Below, one piece after another: positions 24,506 to 36,850 of a stretch of 61,232 bases of DNA. Origin of the DNA: Neoechinorhynchus agilis (lineage: Eukaryota; Animalia; Acanthocephala); assembly GCA_051530055.1 (NCBI GenBank), contig JBMGUZ010000010.1, positions 1 through 61,232 of the forward strand, given 5' to 3'. Both the position numbers and the translations under genes were made by a program. Numbering within the stretch: position 1 is the stretch's first letter; every line of letters starts with the position of its first letter. The notes beneath the pieces were generated by a model, which made no database searches, was not told the origin of the DNA, and worked only from the letters and a program-made list of their open reading frames with translations.

Positions 24506-26270
24506 AATCAGCAGATAGTCGAGAAACATAATTCTTAGCAACATTCAAGTCATAACCAATATTGGACAAGAAGACCGGAACTCGGAGAGCGGCATCTAAC
24601 CGATCACGATGAACCATCCACAAAGAATCATCCCCATATGTGCCATGATACCAGGATTTGGGGCAAAGGTCAGGATCATAGCCGCTCGATTCAACGAATA
24701 GTTTAAGACTGTGTCAAGCACAGCACTCCATTTCCACCCAGAGGGAAGACCCCTAGATGAGAGCAAAGATGAAAGCCCTGCAAATCGCGCACTATCGCCG
24801 GCGCAACTAGACTACCTGCTATCACGCCAGATCGACCTCGGGGCTCGGACCTCCGCCATAAGACACACGTACAAGATCAAAGACTTAACGACCCGGACTG
24901 GTGCTCATCAAACTTAGAATGATCTAGCTGTATAGAGAAGTCAGTTCCGCTATCAACCCGTGAACCGAAGAACCTGCCGCCACGCCTCGGGAGTGGAAAA
25001 TATAGGACTAACCACCTCAACACCGTCAATCTTGGTCGTTCGGGGAGCTCCTAGACATTTCCCAACCCATATCTGGCGTAAATACGTGCTGTCGTCCGAG
25101 CGCATAATATGGCGAGATTTACCAATCTCATCGTATTTCGGAGCCGAGTACATACTTTCCCTTGATGGTCGGGAGATAATTTTAGACAAATAGAAATCAG
25201 ATGCCCATAAAGCCAACGAGGCCTTAGTCTTCGGAAGACGATCTCCAGGAGGCGTAGGGGCAGAAGCATAGACGTGTCTATCCGACGCTCCCGTGGTAGA
25301 CCATGTGCGCAAGGAAAGAAATCACTAGGAACCAGAGCCTCATCTATACGCGTTGATGAAAACGTAGCCTCTAGATGGGCCACGGCTTCGACGTAACAGA
25401 TACGCTCCCACATGTCTGGTCTTGGGCAAGAAGCGGGAGCATTTAAGTGACCCAGCCATGCTTGAGTGGAGCGAAATGCTTCCTCTCTACCCTCCAGAGG
25501 AAAGTGACCAAACCACCGATGCACATCGACCAACATACCCATCTCGGGACACGAGCGTGCATTAGCCTTGGCTATAGATGAGACCCACTTCAACCATCCG
25601 ATGCAATCCTCAAAATAATCAAGACGAGATAGAGAATCAAGCAACCAATCCAAGATTTGAGAATAACCAGAGTAGGCTACAAGATCGACACATCGCGCCG
25701 CCCGCGCACCATACCCCGTCGGAGGGGGGATATATCTGAGCGACACTCCTGCCTCCCGTTCGAGCCAGTCCGTGTGCCCTGCATAAGCGTAGTATAGTTA
25801 GAGACGTCCAATCGCTCTTTAAAGAGCGGCCACGAGAGAAGGTCGTCTACGGTACCTTGCTTCCATAAAGATACGCCCGTTCCGATACTTTCAGACCAGC
25901 GCCTAAGCTCAAGGGCACTCTCCTTATAGGTAGCTCGGCAATAGTGAGTGAAGCAATGCACACATTCAATAGCCATAACTAAATTGGACACAGAAGAGGG
26001 CCTGCCCGCGCGATCTAGAAGTCGTCCATCCGTCTCCACCACATCATCCGCTAGATAAGGACTAAGAAACGCTGCCACCTCAGCAGGGGATGCCTGAAGA
26101 TCATAAAACTTAATGATCCGCACAGCGCTAGCGAGACAATCCGGAGAAGGCGCTGGCAATAGCTCAGAGAGTAACGTCCTTATCAAGAGGCCCCAAGGCC
26201 CTGACCCGCCTGCCTCCAACCATCGCGCAATGGGAGGAGACGACAAGCCTAGCGAACGCCATATCCGTTC
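24506..26270 (-). mobile_element. Endogenous RdRp of a second dsRNA virus lineage (IMNV/Giardiavirus-like), heavily frameshifted
   Basis: Reconstructed in order: F KYDEIGKSRHIMRSDDSTYL, A QLDHSKFDEHQ, B RGLPSGWKWSAVLDTVLN, C GDDSL, D IGYDLNVAKNYV. Confidence 0.85.
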
Positions 26271-26279
26271 GCCGTTGCC

Positions 26280-27090
26280 ATGCCTTTAAGCATCGGCATC
26301 CCCTCCAGCCGGCTCGCTCATCCCTTCTACTCGGCCTTGTACCGTGTGAGAAGATTGAGGAGCTTGTCGGCTAAAATGAGTATAATTCTCATGTCGCAAC
26401 TCCCCTCCAGATGCAAGACTATTGCCGATCAAATTCGTGAATCCGGGCCTTTCGCCAAAACTAACTCTTTCAGCGACGTGTATGTAGCGCACACCGTACT
26501 GAGTCTTCAGATCCAACGCGGGGCATTTACGCGCACTGACCACGCCATAGCCAGTAGTAATCAAGGGGTAATTCTGGCGTTCATCGCCAACAACCTGACA
26601 CCAAGTGAAACGAGCAAAGAACCCTCTCGGCAATGTCTGCCTCTCGTCATCAGAAAATCTCGATTCACAGATATCAAACACCAAATCAAATTAGTGTTAA
26701 AATACTTACGAGCCAGAACCTCATCATCGAGTGTAAACCTAAAATACTCAGGAACACACATTGACACTCTCCCCCCTCCTGCATCGTATGTTAATCCGGA
26801 GAATTTCAAGGGATCGCCAAATATATGGGTAAGATAGTGCCAGAACTCAATTGTTCTGCGTCCATGTTCTGAAAATGAACCTTAGACCATCATCATCCAG
26901 CTAACGAAGAAGAGGCCACCTCACCCCACATTGTAGTCACACACCCAAAAACCATTGTAGTCAGACCAACCCGACCATCGGGCGGATTACCCAGAATACG
27001 TCTAGAATCAAGGTTGAAATCCAGCAGAGAAGCCCGCCCAGAACCAAGAGCGCTACAATTGAGAGCATTTCCAAAAGAGGCTGTCTCACC
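26280..27090 (+). other. Unassigned ORF fragment(s)
   Basis: 185-aa ORF 26280..26837 plus a coding-like tail; no recognised motif. Confidence 0.3.
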
Positions 27091-27130
27091 ACTCAGTCAG
27101 TCGCCAGCCACGAATTCATCATAATTGTAG

Positions 27131-27350
27131 ATGGATGGCGACCGTCGATGCCAGACACAAATGTACAAATGGCTTGACGTGTAGAAGGGCGTATGCGGTG
27201 GTGTTGAAACTTACACCGTGAGGTGGAGTGGAGCCGCCGCTAGTGCAGATCTTGGTGGTAGTAGCAAGTATTCAAATGCGAGCATTGAAGACTGAAGTGG
27301 AGAAAGGTTCCATGTGAACAACATTTGGACATGGATCAGCCGATCCTAAG
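27131..27350 (+). rRNA. 28S: 28S (LSU) rDNA fragment
   Basis: Conserved eukaryotic LSU stretches ATGGATGGCG, GTGCAGATCTTGGTGGTAGTAGCAA, GAAAGGTTCCATGTGAAC, GATCCTAAG. Isolated fragment, not a full gene. Confidence 0.92.
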
Positions 27351-27360
27351 AAAACGTGCA

Positions 27361-29399
27361 GACCTAATTGATAGCTCTCTGAGAACGACAGAGAAGCATG
27401 TGGTAAAAAATGTTCATGCTGGTGTGACGTAATTTAAAGCTCTATGAGGTGGTCCGAGTAGCCTGCGGTGCAGAAGGGTTCATGTTGTTGACCTAATTGA
27501 TAGCTCTCTTAGAACGACAGAGAAGCATGTGGTAAAAAGGGTTCATGATGGTGTGACGTAATTAAAAGCTCTATGAGCTGGTCCGAGTAGCCTGCGGGCT
27601 TCTGTGTTGACCTAATTGATAGCTCTCTTAGAACGACAGAGAAGCATGTGTAAAAAGGTTCATGATGGTGTGACGTAATTGAAAGCTCTATGAGTGGTCC
27701 GAGTAGCCTGCGGGTTTATGTTGTTGACCTAATTGATAGCTCTCTTAGAACGACAGAGAAGCATGTGATAAAAAGTGTTCATGGTTGTGTGATGTAATTG
27801 AAAGCTCTATGAGGTTGTCCGAGTAGCCTGCGGTTCAAAAAGATTCCTATTGTTGACCTAATTGATAGCTCACCGAGAACGACAGAGAAGCATGTGGTAA
27901 AAAGGGTTCATGATGGTGTGACGTAATTTAAAGCTCTATGAGGTGGTCCGAGTAGCCTGCGGTGCAAAAAGGTTCGTGCTGTTGACCTAATTTATAGCTC
28001 TCTTAGAACGACAGAGAAGCATGTGGTAAAAAGTGTTCACGATGGTGTGACGTAATTGAAAGCTCTATGAGGTTGTCCGAGTAGCCTGCGGTGCAGAAGG
28101 GTTCATGTTGTTGACCTAATTGATAGCTCTCTGAGAACGACAGAGAAGCATGTGGTAAAAAGGGTTCATGATGGTGTGACGTAATTGAAAGCTCTAAAAG
28201 CTGGTCCGAGTAGCCTGCGGTGCAAAAAGGTTCCTGTTGTTGACCTAATTGATAGCTCTCTTAGAACGACAGAGAAGCATGTGGTAAAAAGGGTTCACGA
28301 TGGTGTGACGTAATTGAAAGCTCTATGAGGTTGTCCGAGTAGCCTGCGGTGCAAAAGGGTTCATGTTGTTGACCTAATTGATAGCTCTCTGAGAACGACA
28401 GAGAAGCATGTGGTAAAAAGGGTTCACGATGGTGTGACGTAATTGAAAGCTCCATGAGGTTGTCCGAGTAGCCTGCGGTGCAGAAGGGTTCATAATGTTG
28501 ACCTAATTGATAGCTCTCTGAGAACGACAGAGAAGCATGTGGTAAAAAGGGTTCATGATGGTGTGACGTAATTGAAAGCTCTATGAGGTTGTCCGAGTAG
28601 CCTGCGGTGCAAAAATGTTCGTGTTGTTGACCTAATTGATAGCTCTCTTAGAACGACAGAGAAGCATGTGGTAAAAAGGGTTCACGATGGTGTGACGTAA
28701 TTGAAAGCTCCATGAGGTTGTCCGAGTAGCCTGCGGTGCAGAAGGGTTCATAATGTTGACCAAATTGATAGCTCTCTGAGAACGACAGAGAAGCATGTGG
28801 TAAAAAGGGTTCATGATGGTGTGACGTAATTGAAAGCTCTATGAGGTTGTCCGAGTAGCCTGCGGTGCAAAAATGTTCGTGTTGTTGACCTAATTGATAG
28901 CTCTCTTAGAACGACAGAGAAGCATGTGGTAAAAAGGGTTCACGATGGTGTGACGTAATTGAAAGCTCTATGAGGTTGTCCGAGAGCCTGCGGTGCAAAA
29001 AGGTTCTGTTGTTGACCTAATTGATAGCTCCTAGAACGACAGGAAGCATGTGTAAAAAGGGTTCACGATGGTGTGACGTAATTGAAAGCTCTATGAGGTT
29101 GTCCGAGTAGCCTACGGTGCAGAAGGGTTCATGTTGTTGACCTAATTGATAGCTCTCTGAGAACGACAAAGAAGCATGTGGTAAAAAGGGTTCATGATGT
29201 TGTGACGTAATTGAAAGCTCTATGAGCTGGGCCGAGTAGGCTGCGGGCTCATGTTGTTGACCTAATTGATAGCTCTCTGAGAACGACAGAGAAGCATGTG
29301 GTAAAAATGGTTCATGATGTTGTGACGTAATTGAAAGCTCTATGAGCTGGGCCGAGAAGCGTGCGGTGCAAAAAGGTTCATGTTGTTGACCTAATTGAT
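27361..29399 (+). repeat. 129-bp satellite array, ~16 units
   Basis: GACCTAATTGATAGCTCTC recurs at 27361, 27490 and onward. The unit is a diverged dimer of ~64-65 bp. Confidence 0.97.
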
Positions 29400-30075
29400 G
29401 AGCTCAAGAGGCGGCGCCCACAGTCGGTCGTTCTGGTGATTGGGACGGCGGATCGAGTAGACGTAAAACTCGTCCGATGGAGCGAGGTATAGAGCATCTT
29501 CCTCGTCCCACTCTCGGAGGAAGTTGGCGACCCAACGTCTGTTCTCCCGGGCATCCTCAGAGAACAGAGGTTTGCGGATTACATGAAAGGGCTTCAGCCC
29601 CATCCGAATGAGTTCCCGGTGAATCGTCATGTGAGATCGCACCTTGCCGCGCTCTCTCTCGAGCAGCTTTGTCACTCCGCGGACGCTGCGACGCTGCTTT
29701 CCCACCTCCGCTTGATGATCGCCTTCGACTGGTCGGACAGGGTGCGGCTGCCGAGTACAGGGTTCTGAATCATTCCACAGTTGTACACATAGCCGTTCCA
29801 GTTGAACTTCACGAACTGTTCACTGCGATTGATGCGCTTGGCCACCCAGGGGCGAGTGTTGAACTTGGCGCCGGCATCGCGAACCTCCCGGAACGTGATG
29901 GCACGGATACGGTCAACGTGCCGCGCTTCCTCGCTGTCGAATGCAGCCATCTGTGGGCAAAGTTATATATCGTTAGAAGCGCATTGAAATAAGCTTTCAA
30001 ACAGTGAAAACCGCATCAGAATATCTGTTATAGTTTTCCTTGTGGAGGTGGGTACTAAGGGTTTGTTACACCCTG
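29400..30075 (-). mobile_element. Tc1/mariner copy 2, 3'-truncated at the satellite
   Basis: Same transposase pieces and TIR-like end (30062-30075) as 1863-2595. Confidence 0.85.
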
Positions 30076-30865
30076 AATATTACCCTGTTCAGCCGTTAGC
30101 CGAACTCAATTTCGGACTCGTGGACCAAACTTCGAGAATGTCATTTAAAGAGATATCATTACGATTACGTATTAGTTTACGCTTTTTGACTCTTAAATGA
30201 GAGCTATGGATATTCCTGGTAAATATCGAGTGAGCTTAAAAGGTTGGTCGCCCCCACAGTTCCACGGCAACACCTCAACATTGCCTACCTTCTCCTGAGC
30301 CATCGAGTCAGAGTTTCTTAGCATTGTCATTTGAAACCGTTGTAGATCAGCCTGGATTGGGTTTCAATTATTCTTGCAACGAATTCAGAAGTTGATTGAT
30401 CTTCATCATCACAACATCATGTATTACCCTGTTCAATGGCCTAACAAGAAATATGGCTACCCTTCGATATATTGTATAATATAATACTTTTATTTTTTGT
30501 CATAATGCAAAAGGCGTAAAGCAATTTCGTCCCTTAGGAAAATTTTACTTTCATCATGATCTAGATCCATTACAGTTTAGTCTAATTTTCTTTTAAATAG
30601 GGTAGAGTCTGTAACATGATCTACAATCATCTCCTCGTCGGACTCTGATGTGATGACATCGCAGTAGTTAGTTTATGTTTCTAAAAACTCACAAACCACA
30701 CACGCGATATATAGTAATCGTGTTATTGATCGGCGCTTTGTGTAGTGAGTGAATTATCGATCTCCGCTTAACATTTAAATACCGTCACTCACCACGTGGT
30801 GTAACAGTCTCTTTCTTTTTTTTACATAATATTTTAGCAAATTAATTTCTTCATCTTTCTCTTCG

Positions 30866-31002
30866 GAGTCCTCTCGTAGATCGAGACTATGGAATTCTGT
30901 ATGGACATCGGCCTAACATCGTTGGCTGACGATATTTTTCGATGCTTATTTTTAACCAGGAAAATGCGTTTGGCAATATAATCGACAACAACTGTTGTGG
31001 CG
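30866..31002 (-). mobile_element. RT micro-fragment duplicating ~3641-3777
   Basis: Near-identical nucleotide sequence (ISSANDVRP-S-QNS region). Confidence 0.8.
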
Positions 31003-31149
31003 GAGCCCGTACCAAGGTCGTTGCTAAAATGACAACATTCTCCTCGGATAAAACATTCGTGGCCTTAAAGGAAGCTGAATTATTATTTGACGACGAGAGA
31101 TTTTTGGACATCTCTATTCTAGGCACCAGCCACCCTCGTCCAGGGGACT

Positions 31150-32800
31150 AAACTTTTCTTGGTTGCTATTCGCCACCATTGGGAGCAATAAGGAACCAAG
31201 GTTCCAATCTTTCGCATATCGCACATCATCTGATATCGAGTTAGGCATGGCCAATAAAGGGAAGACCAAAACTAAGCTGCCACCTCATCACCCCCGAACG
31301 AGCCATGAATAATTATTTCCTATATTATTTCAGAAGGTGGGGCTTAGTCGTTGCGTAATTGCGCTTTGAAACAATTGTCAGGAATGAGTCACTTGCTTCA
31401 AGCCAAATTAAAAAACTGTGTACGCAGCCAATTTGAATTTTCTGCTCAATAGGATGTTCTTAAAGAGGTTCCATAGGATCGCATCATGCCCACAAATCTT
31501 GAAAAATGTGGCTTGTGAGGAAACTACTAGTCTCAGATGCCAACTCTTCTTTGCTATGCAGAAATCTAAGAATGAACTACCGTTAGCATGAGAGAAAATT
31601 GGAAAAGGGGGGCAAATAACCTCGTGGTGATCAGTGGTACGTGAGATCGCTCGAGTCCACTTCCCAGAGGGTTCTTTAAATCCCCGAATAAGAGATCAAC
31701 ACCCGAGAGCAACAGACATTTCAGCGCTTCTTTGTTAACTCTAAGATGAATTTTCTTAGGTCGAACATAGACATTTGCTACTAATATTTTTTTACCGTCG
31801 TGGATTATTGAGAAAAAAGCGTAAGATAGATCCGAACTGACAAAGTTACAGATGAGCACAGGAAAAAGACTGGTTTTTAAGATCGACAGAAGGCCCTGGG
31901 AATGGAGCTTAGATGAAGGAGTAATGAATATTAAGAAATTCAAGTCGAGATTCGCGATAGAGTTGGGTAGATCTTCCATGCGATACGCGCATTTAGCTTC
32001 TTGAATAAAGATTTGCTCGGCATTATGGGCTGCGAATGCTATATTTGACAAACCGGCGCGACCGCCTGCGTTCCACTGCACCAATCTTAATTCTGTCATA
32101 AGACAGCGATCCGCCCTTTGATTAAATCTGAGATACCCTCGGCGCAAATTTTTCTTTGCTCGTCGATTATTTGTGTCACGAAAATTTCGTCGTCGTTCAT
32201 ATCGACTTCTGCCCCTACACCAACAGATTCCTACGGTTGATCAAGAGGTCTTTTGACAACTGTAGGTGTACAGTCGACCGATGCTTGGTTCAGCCGACTG
32301 AAGCTCTGTAGGTTGGTGGAGCTAAGGAAACCTAGATGCTTCTCTATGCATTTTTCCAGATTGCTGATAGCTGTCGCAATTCTTCAATCAATCATCTTCA
32401 ATAGATTCACCGAGAAGTCATTCAGAATGCGGTCTCAGATAGCTACGATCGATCATCTTGTTTGAGTGATTGGAAGTGGAATGACGGACAGAAATGGAAG
32501 GCGACCTATGTGGGCTAGTTCTGGAAATGGAATTGCTGACCGGATGAGCTCCATTACTGATCTGCATCCCCGACAGTTGCTTCTGGGCCCAGTTAGCGTA
32601 TTCTTTGAAAGCCAAGCATGACTTCGCGAAGGCACAATGACCAATCTTGTAATAATTCGAACATTGCTTGAACTTTTTAGAGCGCAATAAGCACAGATGA
32701 TCTTTTTATGGACACTGTTGTATCCATCGTCTCCATTTTTATGAAATCTCATTTTCGGTAAATCTTATCTCCATTGAATTGAAAAAACGCCTTCTAGATA
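31150..32800 (-). mobile_element. LINE fragment: ORF1 knuckles plus APE
   Basis: CSNYYKIGHC and ICAYCA; LVQWNAGG...FIQEAK, ANVYVRP, LLFGDLKNP. Confidence 0.75.
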
Positions 32801-33022
32801 TAGGCATGTGTCGTGATTTGATAGTAGCTTTCACTACTGCTCTGGGGATCGGTTTCCCACTTTTGTTGGATTTTAGGAAGAAGACATACAGTTGAACTTG
32901 TCTTCGAAGGCCCCCTTATCGTCAATATCGGGAGAAAGGCCGGAAGCTATGACTGTGGATTCGTATGATGAATTGTGAATCGAGGCTTTTGATTGTTCGC
33001 GCGTGGCTAAAAAAGATTCGAA

Positions 33023-35285
33023 TTGTCGTCTGAATTTATCATTCATCAGGTGGATCTTAGCAGCACCGAAGACACCAATGATAGCACTACCGACGACACT
33101 GATGCCAGCAGCACCGAAGACACCAATGATAGCACTACCGACGACACTGATGCCAGCAGCACCGAAGACACCAATGATAGCACAACCGACGACACTGATG
33201 CCAGCAGCACCGAAGACACCAATGATAGCACTACCGACGACACCGATGCCAGCAGCACCGAAGACACCAATGTTAGCACAACCGACGACACTGATGCCAG
33301 CAGCACCGAAGACACCAATGTTAGCACAACCGACGACACTGATGCCAGCAGCACCGAAGACACCAATGATAGCACAACCGACGACACTGATGCCAGCAGC
33401 ACCGAAGACACCAATGATAGCACAACCGACGACACTGATGCCAGCAGCACCGAAGACACCAATGATAGCACAACCGACGACACTGATGCCAGCAGCACCG
33501 AAGACACCAATGATAGCACAACCGACGACACTGATGCCAGCAGCACCGAAGACACCAATGTTAGCACAACCGACGACACCGATGCCAGCAGCCCCGAAGA
33601 CACCAATGTTAGCACAACCGACGACACTGATGCCAGCAGCACCGAAGACACCAATGATAGCACTACCGACGACACCGATGCCAGCAGCACCGAAGACACC
33701 AATGTTAGCACAACCGACGACACCGATGCCAGCAGCACCGAAGACACCAATGTTAGCACAACCGACGACACTGATGCCAGCAGCACCGAAGACACCAATG
33801 ATAGCACTACCGACGACACTGATGCCAGCAGCACCGAAGACACCAATGATAGCACAACCGACGACACTGATGCCAGCAGCACCGAAGACACCAATGTTAA
33901 CAACCGACGACACTGATGCCAGCAGCACCGAAGACACCAATGATAGCACAACCGACGACACTGATGCCAGCAGCACCGAAGACACCAATGATAGCACTAC
34001 CGACGACACTGATGCCAGCAGCACCGAAGACACCAATGATAGCACAACCGACGACACTGATGCCAGCAGCACCGAAGACACCAATGTTAGCACAACCGAC
34101 GACACTGATGCCAGCAGCACCGAAGACACCAATGATAGCACAACCGACGACACTGATGCCAGCAGCACCGAAGACACCAATGATAGCACAACCGACGACA
34201 CCGATGCCAGCAGCACCGAAGACACCAATGTTAGCACAACCGACGACACCGATGCCAGCAGCACCGAAGACACCAATGTTAGCACAACCGACGACACTGA
34301 TGCCAGCAGCACCGAAGACACCAATGATAGCACAACCGACGACACCGATGCCAGCAGCACCGAAGACACCAATGATAGCACAACCGACGACACTGATGCC
34401 AGAGCACCGAAGACACCAATGTAGCACAACCGACGACACGATGCCAGCAGCACCGAAGACACCAATGATAGCACTACCGACGACACTGATGCCAGCAGCA
34501 CCGAAGACACCAATGATAGCACAACCGACGACACTGATGCCAGCAGCACCGAAGACACCAATGATAGCACAACCGACGACACTGATGCCAGCAGCACCGA
34601 AGACACCAATGATAGCACTACCGACGACACTGATGCCAGCAGCACCGAAGACACCAATGATAGCACAACCGACGACACTGATGCCAGCAGCACCGAAGAC
34701 ACCAATGTTAGTACAGACGACGACACCGATACCAGCAGCACCGAAGACACCAATGTTAGCACAGCCGACGGCACCGATACCAGCAGCACCGAAGACACCA
34801 ATGTTAGCACAACCGACGACACCGATGACAGCAGCACCGAAGACACCAATGTTAGCACAACCGACGACACCGATGCCAGCAGCACTGAAGACACCAATGT
34901 TAGCATAACCGACGGCACCGACACCAGCGGCACCGAAGACACCAATGATAGCACAACCGACGGCACCGATACCAGCAGCACCGAAGACACCAATGTTAGC
35001 ACAACCGATGACACCGTTGCCGAGACCACCGAAGACACCAATGTTAGCAATATCGACGGCACCGATACCAGCAGCACCGAAGACACCAATGTGACACTTT
35101 CAACTTCGCCAGCCAAGGTCACTCGCTATTCCGGTCCGTCATCGACGACACCGATGCTGTCCGCTCGCTTCGCTCGGGGACGGACGTTCCGCACTTCGCT
35201 CGGCACCTGGATGCTAAACCGTAATATGAAGACGGAAACTTGGCCGCCCAAAACGAGCCAAGTTAATAGAACAACGTCAATGTGA
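33023..35285 (+). CDS. Putative Ser/Thr/Asp-rich mucin-like repeat protein (SSTEDTN[D/V]STTDDTDA)n with two apparent frameshifts
   Basis: Common unit variants are synonymous in this frame; each unit has an N-X-S sequon; the frame continues into 35091..35285. No clear start or signal peptide seen. Confidence 0.5.
33059..35093 (+). repeat. 48-bp coding minisatellite, ~42 units
   Basis: Unit CAGCACCGAAGACACCAATGATAGCAC(T/A)ACCGACGACAC(T/C)GATGCCAG. Confidence 0.97.
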
Positions 35286-35299
35286 TTATTTCAACTTCA

Positions 35300-36850
35300 T
35301 CAGCCAAGGGGACCACACGACCGAGCTTTTCAACTGGATTATGTGAGGTTTGTGATGGGATTTTCTCCCTGATGAAAACAGGAGTTCTTAGGATCCATGG
35401 ACCCCTTAATTCACGATGCTGCGGTTCCGGTTCACCCAAATAAATCCATTGATGGTGTGCGCCAAAATCTTATAACGACATCACCAATACGAAATGAAAT
35501 TCCATTTGTAGAGATATTGTGAGCGGGTTCTGCCCAGGAACGTTCTGAAAAGAATCACAAGGGGCGCGCGATATCAGGTCGCAAAGAGATTCATCTCTCG
35601 ATTGACAGACTGCATCGAAATTAACTCAGAGTTGTGGATACGTCTCTTTGCGTTTCCTCGACTAGCGTTTTCCACTTATGATATTTCTGAAGGATCGCTG
35701 ATCACAAAAATAGTTCTTTTGGCGAAAATTTTGCTCAATGCCCTTCGACAGTATGCGAGCAACGTAAGGAGTGTGTCCAGGAGCGTGACCACCGCCGAAA
35801 CTGAAATCGGTCCCAGGCTGGGCGCGTTTCTTCAGAGCTCGCGGACGGAGATGTCAGAGGAGCAGATCATCTATTATCATCAATGGACAGTCTCGCCAAC
35901 GATAACGAAGAAACGTTACGAACTCTTCGTTCCAAACATCCCCGTGACGGCTGTCGGCAGTATTTCGAAGTATTATCGTCCTTAGATACGATCTCTTATG
36001 TTTTATCATCGAAATCAGAATTGAAGATGGCAATCCCCTCTTTTGTTAACAGATTAGCTCACGACTTGACGGGCTCCATCCCCGACACCTAAAACACATG
36101 ACTTCCTTTTCAGTAGGCGACGCTGCTCAGTCCCTTGAAGATACATTGACACGCCTAGCCGACCAATTTGTAAGATGAGATTTTATTCCGAAAGGAATTA
36201 GGCTATTTTTAAGCGCATCTTTGTGTGCCTCGCGAAAAAGGAAGGTGGGATTCGTCCCATTGCAAATGGAGCAACTCTGCTTAACATCAAAACATTAAGT
36301 AAAAGTATCGCTGAAAAAATAGGGATGCAGCTTCGCCTGACTCAGTTGGGCTGCTGTACATGCAACGCGAACGAGCTAATGAATTATCTTCACGCGAGGC
36401 TCTGTTCTTCATCAAGAACACCCCCTTTATTCCAAAACTGCTGCATAAGCTGCCCACAGCACCTTAAGCTGGTAAAATTAGACAAGACGGTGAAAGCCTC
36501 CCTCGAGAAGATTTAAAATACTCCGCTGTCGGACGTGGCCTGGCGTCATGCGTGTTTACTCGTGTCGTCCGGCGGTTTGGGTATCCGAAAAGTAAGAGCT
36601 ATTTCTCTACCAGCTTTTTTAGGGTCGTATGAAACAAGCCGCAAAATAGTTTAGTCTTTTCTTGGCGAGACTTACACTTTGGATTAATTCGAGTGATCAA
36701 TCTCAGCCGAATGCCAGCGTTGATACCTTGAAGGCAGCGATTGACTTGAAGAGCATCGAGACGTTGGGTCGTTCGGATGTCTAGAGAAGTTACACATCAA
36801 AAAGTGTCATTCAGAAGTTTCGACTATGAGTGTCAATTGGTATCAGCACA
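35300..36850 (+). mobile_element. CRE-clade element, internally deleted (N-terminal zinc finger, RT, post-RT)
   Basis: GLCEVCDGIFSLMKTGVLRIHGPLNSRCCGSG; KKEGGIRPIANG; WRHACLLVSSGGLGIRK...LPAFLGS. Confidence 0.8.

Noticed and set aside
32873-35122. 749-aa hydrophobic antisense ORF and PAAPKTPM-repeat ORFs
   Set aside because: Alternative frames of a stop-poor 48-bp unit; unit variants are non-synonymous in these frames.
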